This document shows, piece after piece, positions 1 through 10,414 of a stretch of 64,000 nt of DNA (the stretch's first letter is position 1; every line of letters starts with the position of its first letter). The notes below the pieces were generated by a model, which saw only the letters and a list, made by a program, of their open reading frames with translations, ran no database searches and had not been told where the DNA came from. Made by a program: the position numbers and the translations under genes. The DNA is taken from the sequence record LC819007.1. One strand, 5' to 3'.

Positions 1-711
1 TTCCAGCAACGGCCGAATCTTCAGCAAGCGAGCCCGAAGCGTCTGGGCCAGATCCACATAGTGCTTGAGCGCCGTGGAGGTTTTGCTGAAGGTGTCCGGA
101 ATCTGCTTGGAGAGTGCGAACACCGTCTTGCGGAACAAGCCGGCCGCCATCTCAGTAAAGCCTTCGTTGCCCGGCATGAGGATGCCGTGAACCGCAATCG
201 AACCAACCACACCCGGACCCATGCGAGCAAGCGCAGCCGGATCATCTCCCGGCATGGCAGCGGCCACCGAGGCTGCGAGCGGCTTCACGGGAACGAAGTC
301 AGCATCGCGGTCCATGTGCAGCACACCCTTATGGTCCACGTACGCTTCCTGCGACGCCTGTACCGCAAACATCTCGGGCTCCGTCGTCGGCAGTGGCTGG
401 ACTTCAGCAAAGCCACTGGATTCCCGATAGGTTTCCAGTGCGCCTTTATCAGCCACCGCGTAGACTTCACCCTTGTGGTTCTTCTGCAGCGCTTTAAACT
501 CGTCCACCCGTTGTTGCTGGTGATCGGTCAACTGCACCTTCTCATCGGACACCACTGCGCCTGTTTGTGCACCGCCCGTCAGTGCTTCCAGTGAGCCCTG
601 GATTTCATGCAGATGCTGATAGCGCTCCTCGACTTCCGTGTCGAGGATTTCGCCACGCATCACTTCTTGCATCAAGTCGGGATTCCCGCTTGCATCGGAG
701 GTAGGGTACAT
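1..711 (-). CDS. Internal head protein of the phiKZ-like paralog array, partial (runs off the left edge)
   Basis: Not in the ORF track. ATG at 711 overlaps the TAA of the upstream gene (TAATG); frame open to base 1: MYPTSDASGNPDLMQEV...GSLEAL...GALETY...PGNEGF. Contains (S/A/G)-x-E protease-like sites. Confidence 0.75.
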   Translation of the reverse strand, partial: MYPTSDASGNPDLMQEVMRGEILDTEVEERYQHLHEIQGSLEALTGGAQTGAVVSDEKVQLTDHQQQRVDEFKALQKNHKGEVYAVADKGALETYRESSGFAEVQPLPTTEPEMFAVQASQEAYVDHKGVLHMDRDADFVPVKPLAASVAAAMPGDDPAALARMGPGVVGSIAVHGILMPGNEGFTEMAAGLFRKTVFALSKQIPDTFSKTSTALKHYVDLAQTLRARLLKIRPLLE

Positions 712-1895
712 TACTTCTTCACCTCTTCATACTTCTTGATGGACTGGGCACACCAGCGCAGCAAAGCCTGCATGGTGCGGACGGTATAGCGCAGATGCAC
801 GATGTAGCTGTTCTGGCCGAGGGCGGTGATATTGCGCAGTGCGACGATCGACGTCTGATCAGCTTCCTTGGTCTTGGCAAACGCCGCATCGCGCAGAATC
901 TGCTTGAGCAGTTCTTCATCACGAGCAAAGCGGATCACGTCTTCACAGACCTTGAGCGAAGTCCGGCAGATCGCCCGAATCTCATCCGGCGAGAGCAGCG
1001 GGAAGAAGTTCACCCGCAGCGAGACTTCGGAGTCGCGTCGGATGCCGCAGTGATACGTGAACGTCCCGTTGTCGCGCACTTCATCGGTAATCACCCCGAC
1101 GATGTGGTTCTGGCCAAACATCGCTTCCGTGGCGTAGTACGAGTTGCCGGGGGCTTTCTTCTCGCTGAAGATGGCAGACAGGGAGCCCGGATCAACCGAC
1201 TCCATATCTTCTTCGATCCCGGACTTCAGCTTGTCGTGCAGGGCTTTCGCTTCCTGCATCACGCGGCCGTAGTTCTTCTCTTTGGCCGCAGACACCAGCT
1301 TGGCCGTTTCCGACACAGCCGAGAACTGTTGCTGCTTCTGGAAGTTGTGGGCAATCTGTTCCCACAGCTCGTGCGGCTTGCCAGGCGAAGCGCCGTCGAC
1401 GTGCAGTGCATTCATCAACGACTTGTCCTTGATCACCAGCTGCGACGCCACTGAGGCGGAGATCGAATCAGCGTGGCCGATATAGGACTTGATCACGGGG
1501 ATCAGTTTGCGTGCGGTGGACTTGTGCGTGCTGAAGAAATCGAACAGTGTCTTGAACACGCGCTCGACGATAGCGTACAGATACAGAATCACTTTCTTCA
1601 GACGGCCCGCTTTGGGCTTGTCGTCGTCATCGTCTTCGAGCGCCGCCGTCGGGATCTCGAAACGATCGATGTAGTTCTCTACTGCCACGTCGTAGAACTT
1701 GGTCGCCGATGCGTCAGCCTGGTCATAGTCGAGCTTGCCGAGCTTCTCGGCAGCGTCCAGGGCTTCGACAGCATAAGCGATGGCTTCTTCGACATGGTCC
1801 GGATTGTCGATGGGATGCTGGTCCTCTTCGCGGGGATAACTGAACGACGCGGCCGACCCACCCATGGTCGAAAATCCTGCTTGAAACGTATCCAT
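711..1895 (-). CDS. Internal head (inner-body-like) protein, paralog family
   Basis: 394 aa; acidic N-terminal propeptide ending TAALE, then amphipathic helix RLKKVILYLYAIVERVFKTLFDFF; AAGGA RBS; tandem with paralogs. Confidence 0.75.
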   Translation of the reverse strand: MDTFQAGFSTMGGSAASFSYPREEDQHPIDNPDHVEEAIAYAVEALDAAEKLGKLDYDQADASATKFYDVAVENYIDRFEIPTAALEDDDDDKPKAGRLKKVILYLYAIVERVFKTLFDFFSTHKSTARKLIPVIKSYIGHADSISASVASQLVIKDKSLMNALHVDGASPGKPHELWEQIAHNFQKQQQFSAVSETAKLVSAAKEKNYGRVMQEAKALHDKLKSGIEEDMESVDPGSLSAIFSEKKAPGNSYYATEAMFGQNHIVGVITDEVRDNGTFTYHCGIRRDSEVSLRVNFFPLLSPDEIRAICRTSLKVCEDVIRFARDEELLKQILRDAAFAKTKEADQTSIVALRNITALGQNSYIVHLRYTVRTMQALLRWCAQSIKKYEEVKK

Positions 1896-1969
1896 GATGG
1901 TTCCTTAATAAACAAAAAGGAGTAAGGGAGCGCAAGCTCCCTTACTCCTCCAGGATGTCGACTGAGCGC

Positions 1970-3361
1970 TTACTTCGCAGCAGGCTTGGCTTTCGACACT
2001 TCGACCGATTTCTCGACGTAGCGAATGAAAGACGCGGCGTTCTGGATGTTCACGCGCAGCAGCTGCGGCACGACGACAGTCGCGATAGCGGTGAGCGTCT
2101 TCAGATACAGCTCGACCATCTTCACCGACTGACCGCTTTCCGCGACCTTGGCAAAGCCTTCGATCTTGGCGAGACGATCGGCCAGATGGTTCTGGTCGGC
2201 GTTCCACTTCTTGACGAGTGCGAGCATGTCAGTGGCGAGCTTCTTCTCCACCACGGGGATGCTGCCGCCTTCGACGAGCGGCACTTCACCCGGAGCGACA
2301 CCGGCCTTCACGACACCACCCTGATCCATCGGCTTCGAGAAGGCGAGGTACAGTTGCAGGCCGCCGATCTGCGGCTCGGTCATGCCGCCTTCGAGCTGTG
2401 CATTGCTCGTGAGCTTGGGCTTGAGTTCGCTGACGATCGAGTCGGGGATCTTCGAGTATTCGAACACGTGCTGGCGCAGACCACCGAGGATCTTCGACAG
2501 TTCGACGTACACCGGCAGGGCGTCTTCTTCGCCCTTCTTGGCGGTTGCCGACAGTGCGTTCAGGAACGAATCGTTGAAGAAGCCGTAAAGCGTCTTCGTG
2601 GCGAATTCAGCGTAGCGACGGAACTGAGCGTTCGCATCGCCAGCGTTCTTCACCATACGCAGCGACTTGACGAACGCTTCGTCTTCGATGGTCGCATTGC
2701 CGTCGATCTGGTTGACTGCAGCGAGTGCGCGCTCGGCCTTGGCCGTCAGGCCGTTGAACTTCTGCGCGATGCTGCGCACGACGTTGACGATCCAGGCGAT
2801 GATCTTCTTGATACCGGCGAGCAGACGATCGAGAATGCTCTTCGACTTTTCCTTTGCTGCCGCGCCGACGGCCGCCACTTGACCTTCCGGTCCGGCTTCG
2901 GCAACGTCGCTGTCTTCCAGAGCAGCCAACGCATTGGGGATATCCACGCGCAGACAGATCTGTTCGAGTGCCATGGCGTAACCCGCCACGGTGGCCTTGT
3001 TGGCCTGACCGGTCTTCAGCGCCATATCGCAGATGTAGGCGAGCTCTTCCAGAGCAGCGCCGGCGGAAACAGCTTCTTCCAGATCCTGATTGACGGAATC
3101 CGACGTGTTGCTGATTTGTTCGACATCGTTATCGAACACTTCGCCCGACAGGTCGTCGTTTTCAGCAGCGAGCGTGGAGTTCTTTTCCATCAACGTGGCG
3201 ACAGCATCCGTGTCGGAGTCGATGTTGGTTTGCGTAACGGGCGGAGCGCCCGCGCTGCCTGCCTGCAACTGAGCGACAGAGTCAACTGCGGATACATCCG
3301 TGCTCGCCTCTTGCTGCAGCTCTTCCAGAGCGGCAGTAATGAAAGGACTGCGTTTTTTCAT
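1970..3361 (-). CDS. Internal head (inner-body-like) protein, paralog family
   Basis: Start moved to ATG 3361 (MKKRSPFITAALEEL) to match paralog N-termini; several AALE sites; helix ILDRLLAGIKKIIAWIVNVV. Confidence 0.75.
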   Translation of the reverse strand: MKKRSPFITAALEELQQEASTDVSAVDSVAQLQAGSAGAPPVTQTNIDSDTDAVATLMEKNSTLAAENDDLSGEVFDNDVEQISNTSDSVNQDLEEAVSAGAALEELAYICDMALKTGQANKATVAGYAMALEQICLRVDIPNALAALEDSDVAEAGPEGQVAAVGAAAKEKSKSILDRLLAGIKKIIAWIVNVVRSIAQKFNGLTAKAERALAAVNQIDGNATIEDEAFVKSLRMVKNAGDANAQFRRYAEFATKTLYGFFNDSFLNALSATAKKGEEDALPVYVELSKILGGLRQHVFEYSKIPDSIVSELKPKLTSNAQLEGGMTEPQIGGLQLYLAFSKPMDQGGVVKAGVAPGEVPLVEGGSIPVVEKKLATDMLALVKKWNADQNHLADRLAKIEGFAKVAESGQSVKMVELYLKTLTAIATVVVPQLLRVNIQNAASFIRYVEKSVEVSKAKPAAK

Positions 3362-3446
3362 GGTGTCTTGTCCGACTAGGTTATCAATGGAGGTCCGTTG
3401 AGTACACATACCCACGGGAATTTGAGCCTCGATCACAATATAGCCA

Positions 3447-3479
3447 GCATAAAAGCGGCAGGCGAGGTGCCCGCCGCTT
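3447..3479 (-). terminator. Terminator hairpin followed by TTTTATGC
   Basis: AGCGGC stem; minus strand continues TTTTATGCTGG. Confidence 0.7.
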
Positions 3480-3505
3480 CTACACTTACTACTGAGGCCG
3501 GAGAC

Positions 3506-4915
3506 TTATTCCTTCGAACCACGCGCCGCAGCTTTCGCTTCAGCGATCGAGAAACGAATCCAGCGCGACGCGCCGAAGTGGTTGTAGTACAGGCCGTGTG
3601 CCGAACCGAACGTCGTACCCGCCACCAGATCCGACAACAGACGCATCAGGTTGGAATACTTCGAGAGCAGGCGACGTGCTTCATCAGCATTGTCGCCGCC
3701 ACCGCTGCGATGCGGCTTCGACTTGGTGTCGTCACCGATTTCGAACAGGGCGTTGATTGCCATGTCGATCGCGCGATCAGCCTTGCCAGCCGATTCCTTC
3801 AGCTTCGCGAGGTCTGCAGCCGAAGCACACTTGATGCCGGCGGAGAACTCGGTCTTGCCGTCGTCGAACGTGACTTGCTGGCCTTCCATGCCGCCCGTAC
3901 CGTCGATCGTCAGACGATCCGGCAGGTTCACTTCGACCGTCACCGACGAATGCTGGAACTTCGAGCGACCCATTTCGGCCAACGGCTTCGCAGCGCTGAT
4001 GGCGCTGTTCATGCGGTTGATGACGTCCTTCGGCTCGCTCAGCACCCATGCCTGGCTCATCGCGTGCATTTCGCTCGACACACGATTCACGAGCTTCAGC
4101 ACTTCGTTGAACTCAGCCAACGAGTTGTCCACGACTGCGATCGGGGTCTTGGTCGACGAAGGCGCGTAGAAACGCTCCTGCACCGCCTTTTCCCACTTCG
4201 CGTTTTGGAACGGTTTGCCGGCGACGCTCGCCAGAATGCCCGCTTCCTTTTCCAGCTTCGCGTACACCGACACGGTGCCACGGAAGTAGTCGGCGAAACG
4301 CTTGAGCTTTTCAGCGGTCAGGTCGTACGCCTTCTTCATGAACTTCGCAGCAGCTGCGTAGACCTTTTCAGCGCGGTCACGCAGTTGTTCGACGAAGCTT
4401 TCCGTCGCGATGCGGCGGTCGAAGCCGAACGATTCGAGTGCGACCGATTCCGACAGGGGCTCGCCCACGCCAGCAGCGTCGAGCGCCGTGGTGAGCAGCT
4501 GCACCGTTTCCGGGGTCAGGCCGTCGCCGCTGACAGCGGGCACCGGCTCGCCGGCGTCTTCGCCTTGCGTGACTTCCGTTTCAGCCGGCTCTTGCAGGCT
4601 GGCTTCAGCTTGTTCAGCGATTTCTTCGAGCGACGCTGCGTAACGGCAATAGCGCATCGTCACAGCTTGCAGATGTTCCAGGGCCAGGGTATGTTCCTGG
4701 CTTTCGGCGACCGTGTCGATCTCGTCGTGCTTGGCGATCTCGGCATCTTCGCCGAAGGTCTTGTCGGCCTTGACGTCATCCGTCGACGGCTCTTCGAGGC
4801 TGCCGTCTTCCTTGAAGCCGGGCTTCGGCTGGAACGTCGACAGCTCGGTCACCTGAGCGATATCGACAGTACCGGCTTCGGCTTCCAGTGCTGCGGTGAA
4901 AAGATTTCGTTTCAT
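3506..4915 (-). CDS. Internal head (inner-body-like) protein, paralog family
   Basis: MKRNLFTAALEAE; VALESF and IATESF sites; acidic propeptide followed by a basic mature region. Confidence 0.78.
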   Translation of the reverse strand: MKRNLFTAALEAEAGTVDIAQVTELSTFQPKPGFKEDGSLEEPSTDDVKADKTFGEDAEIAKHDEIDTVAESQEHTLALEHLQAVTMRYCRYAASLEEIAEQAEASLQEPAETEVTQGEDAGEPVPAVSGDGLTPETVQLLTTALDAAGVGEPLSESVALESFGFDRRIATESFVEQLRDRAEKVYAAAAKFMKKAYDLTAEKLKRFADYFRGTVSVYAKLEKEAGILASVAGKPFQNAKWEKAVQERFYAPSSTKTPIAVVDNSLAEFNEVLKLVNRVSSEMHAMSQAWVLSEPKDVINRMNSAISAAKPLAEMGRSKFQHSSVTVEVNLPDRLTIDGTGGMEGQQVTFDDGKTEFSAGIKCASAADLAKLKESAGKADRAIDMAINALFEIGDDTKSKPHRSGGGDNADEARRLLSKYSNLMRLLSDLVAGTTFGSAHGLYYNHFGASRWIRFSIAEAKAAARGSKE

Positions 4916-4996
4916 GTTTATCTCAGTTCTTGAAGTCGATGGAGGCTTCAGAGTAAAGCCCGTCGTAAGATAGGCTTTACTCCTCTCTCAGGACGA

Positions 4997-6346
4997 TTAC
5001 TCGCCCTTCTTGCCGAAGGCGCCTGCAACCTTGTCCTTCGCAGCGGAAGCGGCTTCACCAGCTTTCTCGCCGATCGACTTGTCACCGCGATGGGCTGCGA
5101 TTGCAGCCATGCAGTATTGCAGTGCGATCGTCGAGGCCGACGTAGCGTACGCGTAGGCAGCGACTTGCGGACCCTTGATGATGCGCGGCACGACGGCTTG
5201 CATCTGCTTGAGGACCTTGCTGTCGGCTTCGCCGGCGCTGCCCTTGGCCTTGCTGGCTGCGCGGTCGAGTTCCTTGTTCAGGTCGTCGAGCTGCTTCAGA
5301 TTGCTCTGATAGATCTTGACGAGCTGGCCGAGGCCGACGACGTATTCCGCGATCGCCTTGATCTCGTTGCCGTCGGGCGCAGCGATTTCCGCTTGCGGCT
5401 TGACTTCGTCGAGCTTCTTGACGCCGTGGTTCCAGTGGTTGAGCGCGTCGACGTTTTCCGGCACCGTGAAGAAGGCGCGGTAGCCGCCGAAAAACGGCTT
5501 CGTGACGAGGGTCTTCGTGCCCGCTGCGGCGCCCGCAGCTTGAGCTTGTTCAGCCGATGCGTCTTCGTCGTATTCGCCGCCAGCTTTCGCCAGGGCTTCG
5601 AGGAAGCGATCCATCACGCCTTCAGCAGACGAGCTGCCGGCAGCCACGACGTCGATACACGTACGCGCTTCCTTCGTGAGTTCGACCGAAGCCTTGCCGC
5701 CTTGATCGTTCGCGAATTCCGACACCGACATCATGACTTCGCCGACTTCGACGTTCTTGTACGTCGCGATCTTGTCGAGCAGGCCCTTGTCGGTGATCTT
5801 CGCACCTTCGGTCGTGGCGAGCGTCTTCGTCGCTTCGATGATCTTCTGCGCCTGGTTGGCGTTCTTCACGATACGATCCGTGAACTTCGCCCACGTTTCG
5901 CGAACCCATGCGCCGATCTTCTTGCCGAAGTTGCGCAGCATTTCCCAGACCTTGGCTGCGAACGCCTTGATGCGCTCCAGAACCTTGCCCTTGTCGGGGT
6001 TGCCACCCTTGTCGCCCGTGAGGGCCATCGCGCCACCCGGCGTCGAAGCGACCAGGTCGTTCGATTCCAGTGCCACGTTCACAGCCTTGGCCGCGAACGG
6101 CTCCATCGGCTGATCCATTTCGCCCGGTGCATCTTCCACCAGGCTGATGATGTCTTCCAGACCCTGTGCTGCGTCGGTGATCTGTTCGACGTCGCCGTCG
6201 ATGTCACCCGATTCCTGCGGGAAGTCGACACCAGCGGTTTCTTCGCTGAAGTCGCCGTCCACCGGTTGTTCCGGCGCGATGGTCGCGTTCACGTCTTCCG
6301 CGAACTCTTCCAGCGCAGCCATGGTTTGTGCGAAGGATTGTTTCAT
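4997..6346 (-). CDS. Internal head (inner-body-like) protein, paralog family
   Basis: MKQSFAQTMAALEEF; VALESN site; helix VLERIKAFAAKVWEMLRNF. Confidence 0.78.
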   Translation of the reverse strand: MKQSFAQTMAALEEFAEDVNATIAPEQPVDGDFSEETAGVDFPQESGDIDGDVEQITDAAQGLEDIISLVEDAPGEMDQPMEPFAAKAVNVALESNDLVASTPGGAMALTGDKGGNPDKGKVLERIKAFAAKVWEMLRNFGKKIGAWVRETWAKFTDRIVKNANQAQKIIEATKTLATTEGAKITDKGLLDKIATYKNVEVGEVMMSVSEFANDQGGKASVELTKEARTCIDVVAAGSSSAEGVMDRFLEALAKAGGEYDEDASAEQAQAAGAAAGTKTLVTKPFFGGYRAFFTVPENVDALNHWNHGVKKLDEVKPQAEIAAPDGNEIKAIAEYVVGLGQLVKIYQSNLKQLDDLNKELDRAASKAKGSAGEADSKVLKQMQAVVPRIIKGPQVAAYAYATSASTIALQYCMAAIAAHRGDKSIGEKAGEAASAAKDKVAGAFGKKGE

Positions 6347-6425
6347 TTTTCCAGTATCCGATTTTGGTGTGGAGATTTCAGACAGGGGAGATTCGCGTCT
6401 CCCCTGCCCTACTCACGAATTACGT

Positions 6426-8684
6426 TCAGGCCTTGGCCGCGACCGCGGTGCTCTTGTCTTCAGCAGCGCCACCGAGGCTCGCTGCGACGTAGTCGAGCGC
6501 GAAGCCCAGGTTACGCGGCAATGCACGGTTGATCGCGTGGATCGGCAGCTTCGGCGAGGTCATGAACAGCGAGTTGATGAACACCAGCGACTTGCGCAGG
6601 CCTTCACTCTTCGCACCGACTTCGTCGAGCATCTGCTTGAGCGCACCATTGGCCATCGCCGTGACGGTGTCCTTGCGCTTCTTGATTTCCGCGTTCAGTT
6701 CCTTGATGCCGCCGCGATTGCCGTCGCTTGCTTCGCGAGCGGCCTTGGCCAGTTCCGCCACCAGTGCGCAGATCTTGCCGGCTTCGGCTTGATCCAGTGC
6801 CTTGACCGAGTTCGACGGTGCTTGCGCGCCGGTGTTCTGCACCGAGCTCGACATGCCACGGATGCCTTCAGCCGACGACGGGATCGAGGTGACCAGCACT
6901 TGGCTGTCCAGCAGCGAGAACGCCATCATCTTCAGCAGGTTCGAGTTGTCGCCGAACTTGAAGTCCATCGGCTTGAACGTCGAGCGGTGACCGATCGCTT
7001 CCATCTGTTCGGCCCACTTCGCGAGCGTTTCCGAGATCTTGCCGCGCAGCTCTTCTTCCTTCTCCGGCGTCTTGACCATTTCTTCCGCGAGGTCGAGGGC
7101 CTGGAGATACGGCGCGTAGGTCTTCGGATCGTTCAGCGACTTGGCGAATGCAGCCAGCTCGCCCAGGTACTTCGGCAGATCTTCGATTTGCTTGTCGCCA
7201 GCGGTCAGCTTCTTCGCGAGAGCCTTGCTGTCGATGTCGCCTTCCACCATCTTCGCGCCCTTGACACGCTCAGCGAGCTTGTTGGCACGTGCTTCGACCG
7301 CAGCGAAAGCGTTCGTGAGACGTTTGTACGTTTCGACGATCCACTGCGTGAGGCGTTCGAATGCGTCTTGCAGCGCCTTGATGATGCGGCGGATGAACGC
7401 AACGATCTGGTCCTTCGCACCGTTGGCACCGTCGATCTTGGCCGACGGCGTTTCCATGTCTTCCAGCGCCGGGATCATCAGCGGCTTGACCTTCAGCGAC
7501 TTCGTGACCGTGTTCAGGTTGTTGCGCAGGAACGAAGCACCGAAGATGTCCAGGCCACCGCGTTGAGCAGCAGCATCGAGAATCGCCACGCAGCCTTCGA
7601 GCGACTCGGTTGCGTCCGTGAGCTTGCTGACGTCGTCTTGCACGTCTTCGGACTGGTCTTCGATTTGGTCGACGGCGTCCATTTCGCCTTCGACTTCTTC
7701 TGCTTCTGCGTCGCCGATGTCGGCGTCGTCCACCACGTCGCCGGGCTCGCCCGTCGAAGCAGCATCGCTTGCAGCAGCGGCAGCAGCCGATGCGTCGGTC
7801 TGGTCTTCAGCGCTTTGTGCAGCGTCCGCGGCAGCAGCCGGATCGGTTGCAGCAGCGTCGTCAGCGCCCGGCGTAGCCGAAGCGTCGTCAGTCGCGCCTG
7901 CGGCGGCATCGTCGCCTGCAGCAGCAGCGTCATCGGTAGCGCCCGCCGAAGCGTCGTCACCGGTTGCAGCACCACCAGCAGCGTCTGCAGCGGCCGCATC
8001 TGCGTCCGGAGCAGCTGCGCCATCGCCACCAGCAGCAGCGTCGTCACCCGTTTGGGTCGCGGCGTCAGCGTTGGCATCGTCGCCTTCCGGCGGCGTCGCG
8101 CCGTCAGCACCAGCTGCGGCTGCATCGGCGTCGTCCGTCGATTCGTTCGCGGGCTTGGCCTTCGGCTTGGCCGGCTTCGCGCCACCCTTGGCACCCTTGG
8201 CCGTTTGCGTGGCCGCTTGATTCAGAATGCGATCGAGCTCGCCGCACTTCTGCTTGAGTTCCTTCTGCAGTTCTTCGATCTGATGGCCCTTGATAGCGCC
8301 GTAGATGCCGCCGAACAGGCCACCGAGCAGTGCGCCTTGGAAGATCGTACCGAAGCTTGCGCCTTCGACCTTTTCCTTGAAATCTTCCGCCGAGAGCTTG
8401 CCTTCTTTCACGGCCTTCTTGCCGTTGTCGATGGCTTGCGTCTTGATGGCTTCCGTGATCTGCTTGATTTCCTTGCGGAGCTTGTCCACTTCAGCAGCAC
8501 CAGCACCGCCGACGATGATGCCAGCGCCCGGGATGACCCAGTTTGCGCCGCCCACGACGAAACCGAGCAGCGCGCCCGCGACGCCTTCATTGGCCGGAAC
8601 GTACTGAGCGACTTGCGACGGTTTCGGCAAGTCGTCGGTGAGTTCTTCCAGGGCGGCAATACCCAGTTGCGACTTAAACTTCAT
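6426..8684 (-). CDS. Large internal head protein: glycine-zipper N-domain + Ala/Asp-rich linker + inner-body-like domain
   Basis: Start moved to ATG 8684 (GGAG RBS; MKFKSQLGIAALEEL). Two GALLG hydrophobic segments, a ~150-aa low-complexity A/D linker, then PALEDME and the paralog-type domain. Confidence 0.75.
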   Translation of the reverse strand: MKFKSQLGIAALEELTDDLPKPSQVAQYVPANEGVAGALLGFVVGGANWVIPGAGIIVGGAGAAEVDKLRKEIKQITEAIKTQAIDNGKKAVKEGKLSAEDFKEKVEGASFGTIFQGALLGGLFGGIYGAIKGHQIEELQKELKQKCGELDRILNQAATQTAKGAKGGAKPAKPKAKPANESTDDADAAAAGADGATPPEGDDANADAATQTGDDAAAGGDGAAAPDADAAAADAAGGAATGDDASAGATDDAAAAGDDAAAGATDDASATPGADDAAATDPAAAADAAQSAEDQTDASAAAAAASDAASTGEPGDVVDDADIGDAEAEEVEGEMDAVDQIEDQSEDVQDDVSKLTDATESLEGCVAILDAAAQRGGLDIFGASFLRNNLNTVTKSLKVKPLMIPALEDMETPSAKIDGANGAKDQIVAFIRRIIKALQDAFERLTQWIVETYKRLTNAFAAVEARANKLAERVKGAKMVEGDIDSKALAKKLTAGDKQIEDLPKYLGELAAFAKSLNDPKTYAPYLQALDLAEEMVKTPEKEEELRGKISETLAKWAEQMEAIGHRSTFKPMDFKFGDNSNLLKMMAFSLLDSQVLVTSIPSSAEGIRGMSSSVQNTGAQAPSNSVKALDQAEAGKICALVAELAKAAREASDGNRGGIKELNAEIKKRKDTVTAMANGALKQMLDEVGAKSEGLRKSLVFINSLFMTSPKLPIHAINRALPRNLGFALDYVAASLGGAAEDKSTAVAAKA

Positions 8685-8826
8685 GGTTTTCTCCATTCGA
8701 ATGGAATTGATCTTGAGGATTCGCGCGAATCTTGAATAGACAAACTTCCCGCCAGCATAAAGGCGGCGGAGTCGTTCTATACAATGGGTTTTGACTAGGC
8801 GACGTATTTACATCGCCTAGCTGCGC

Positions 8827-9426
8827 TTAACGCGTGTTGTGTTCGCCGAAAAGCGTGTAGAGCGTGGTCACCATATCGGTGAAGCCGCCTTGGTGGGAGA
8901 GCCACCGGCAGATCACATTCGGCATGTTGTTGCTGGTCTGGATCTGCGAGCGGACACTATACCCATCGGGCAACATCGTGAAGAGGCCGTCTTCGAAAGT
9001 CGGTGGGCTGTTCGGATCGTTCGAGCCCGGACCGATCAAGTGCTCCCACATCGAGACAGGCATCTGGCGCTTACCGCCCGTGATAAAGCGCACGGTATCG
9101 CTGATGAAGTCAGCGTGGGTTTGCGTGAAGGTCGGGGACTCTTTCTGCACCGCAGCCCAGAGGCCGAAGTTGTTGACGCCGAAAGCCTGACCGGCGATGC
9201 GGATCACGCGTTCCCGGAAATCGAAGTCGGTGTGAATCACCTGACGACGCACGAGCTGGTTGTAGACTTCCACGACCGACTCGTTAGCCACCACGTGGTC
9301 AACGGCTTGCGGATCGAGATCGAAGACCGAGAGGATCGGGCGGGACTTCCACGTCTGGTAAGTCTCGCTCGAATTGGCCTTCGACCCGAAGAAGCCTCGC
9401 ACGTACAGTTTGAGGTCATCGCGCAT
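8827..9426 (-). CDS. Conserved phiKZ-like virion protein (hypothetical)
   Basis: 199-aa ORF with GAGGA RBS, 3 nt downstream of the next head gene; typical codon usage. Confidence 0.6.
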   Translation of the reverse strand: MRDDLKLYVRGFFGSKANSSETYQTWKSRPILSVFDLDPQAVDHVVANESVVEVYNQLVRRQVIHTDFDFRERVIRIAGQAFGVNNFGLWAAVQKESPTFTQTHADFISDTVRFITGGKRQMPVSMWEHLIGPGSNDPNSPPTFEDGLFTMLPDGYSVRSQIQTSNNMPNVICRWLSHQGGFTDMVTTLYTLFGEHNTR

Positions 9427-9429
9427 GGA

Positions 9430-10329
9430 TCAGTCCTCGTTCAGTTCGGCGATCTCGCGGGAGAGGTCTTCCGTGAGGGATTGCAGGTAGGAGATCTCGC
9501 GCTCCAGTGCGGGATCTTCCTTACCCTGGCGCGTACGCTCCAGTTGCATCAGGCGGAGCTTGGCCATCTGCAGTTCGCTTTCCGCTTCCTTGGCCCGTGC
9601 GACCTTCGCTTCGACAGCGTGCATGCGCAGACGACGGATCGGGTTCCAGGCGAAGTTGCTGATCGAGAACATGAACGGGTCGATCTTCGTTTCGCCGACC
9701 GTGTTCTTCAGGCTGCCGTAGTTGGTATCGTCCGCGAGGATGTCGGGGATCTGATCCAGACGGTCGACCATTTCGGTCGCCGGCTTCGCGAGCACGTTGA
9801 TTGCGTTGCAATACGGCAGCAGACCCTTGGTGAACCACTCGACTTCTGCCGGGATCATGTCCGTGGACGGAATCGGCTCCATCTTCTTCTCGTCACGTTG
9901 AGCTGCGACTTCCGTCTTGAGCGCATACGTGAAGAGCTTCGCGGTGAAACGCGCCGAGAAGGTGATCGCGTCGACGAGCTGGACCAGGTTGGCCTTGCGG
10001 TAGTTCAGACCCTTGGCGGCGATCTTGTCTTCGAACTCGCCCTGCACGATGGCTTCGAGCGCATCGATCGTGCCGGTGATATTGCTGGTGTTGGCGGCCA
10101 GATAGCCGAAGATGCCCTTACCGCCGGCGCCTTTGACGACGCCAGCGAAGGTCGACTGGACCTTGCGCATCTCATCGCTCTTGAACTTCGAACCGAACAT
10201 CTTGTCGGTGCGAGCCAGGAGGTCAGACATCTGGGTGAATTGGGTGCGGGCGAACCGCAGGTCTTCCAGCAGGCCGGATTTACCGAACATGGTGGAGATC
10301 TGTTGTTGGATATAGGTCGTGATCTTCAT
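9430..10329 (-). CDS. Major inner-body protein (phiKZ gp90-like)
   Basis: Start moved to ATG 10329 (MKITTYIQ). Helical protein ending GKEDPALEREISYLQ; synteny between the gp89-like gene and the paralog array. Confidence 0.6.
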   Translation of the reverse strand: MKITTYIQQQISTMFGKSGLLEDLRFARTQFTQMSDLLARTDKMFGSKFKSDEMRKVQSTFAGVVKGAGGKGIFGYLAANTSNITGTIDALEAIVQGEFEDKIAAKGLNYRKANLVQLVDAITFSARFTAKLFTYALKTEVAAQRDEKKMEPIPSTDMIPAEVEWFTKGLLPYCNAINVLAKPATEMVDRLDQIPDILADDTNYGSLKNTVGETKIDPFMFSISNFAWNPIRRLRMHAVEAKVARAKEAESELQMAKLRLMQLERTRQGKEDPALEREISYLQSLTEDLSREIAELNED

Positions 10330-10414
10330 GTTTTTACTGAGTCGCTTTCGGCGAAACAAAGATGAACGGTACAAACAATAGCAGGGCGCTAAGCCCCGCT
10401 ATCGTTCTTCTCTT

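Noticed and set aside
7600-8160. Repeat-like DNA in the Ala/Asp linker as a CRISPR or tandem array
   Set aside because: Imperfect codon-level repeats within a CDS; no constant repeat with unique spacers and no cas genes.
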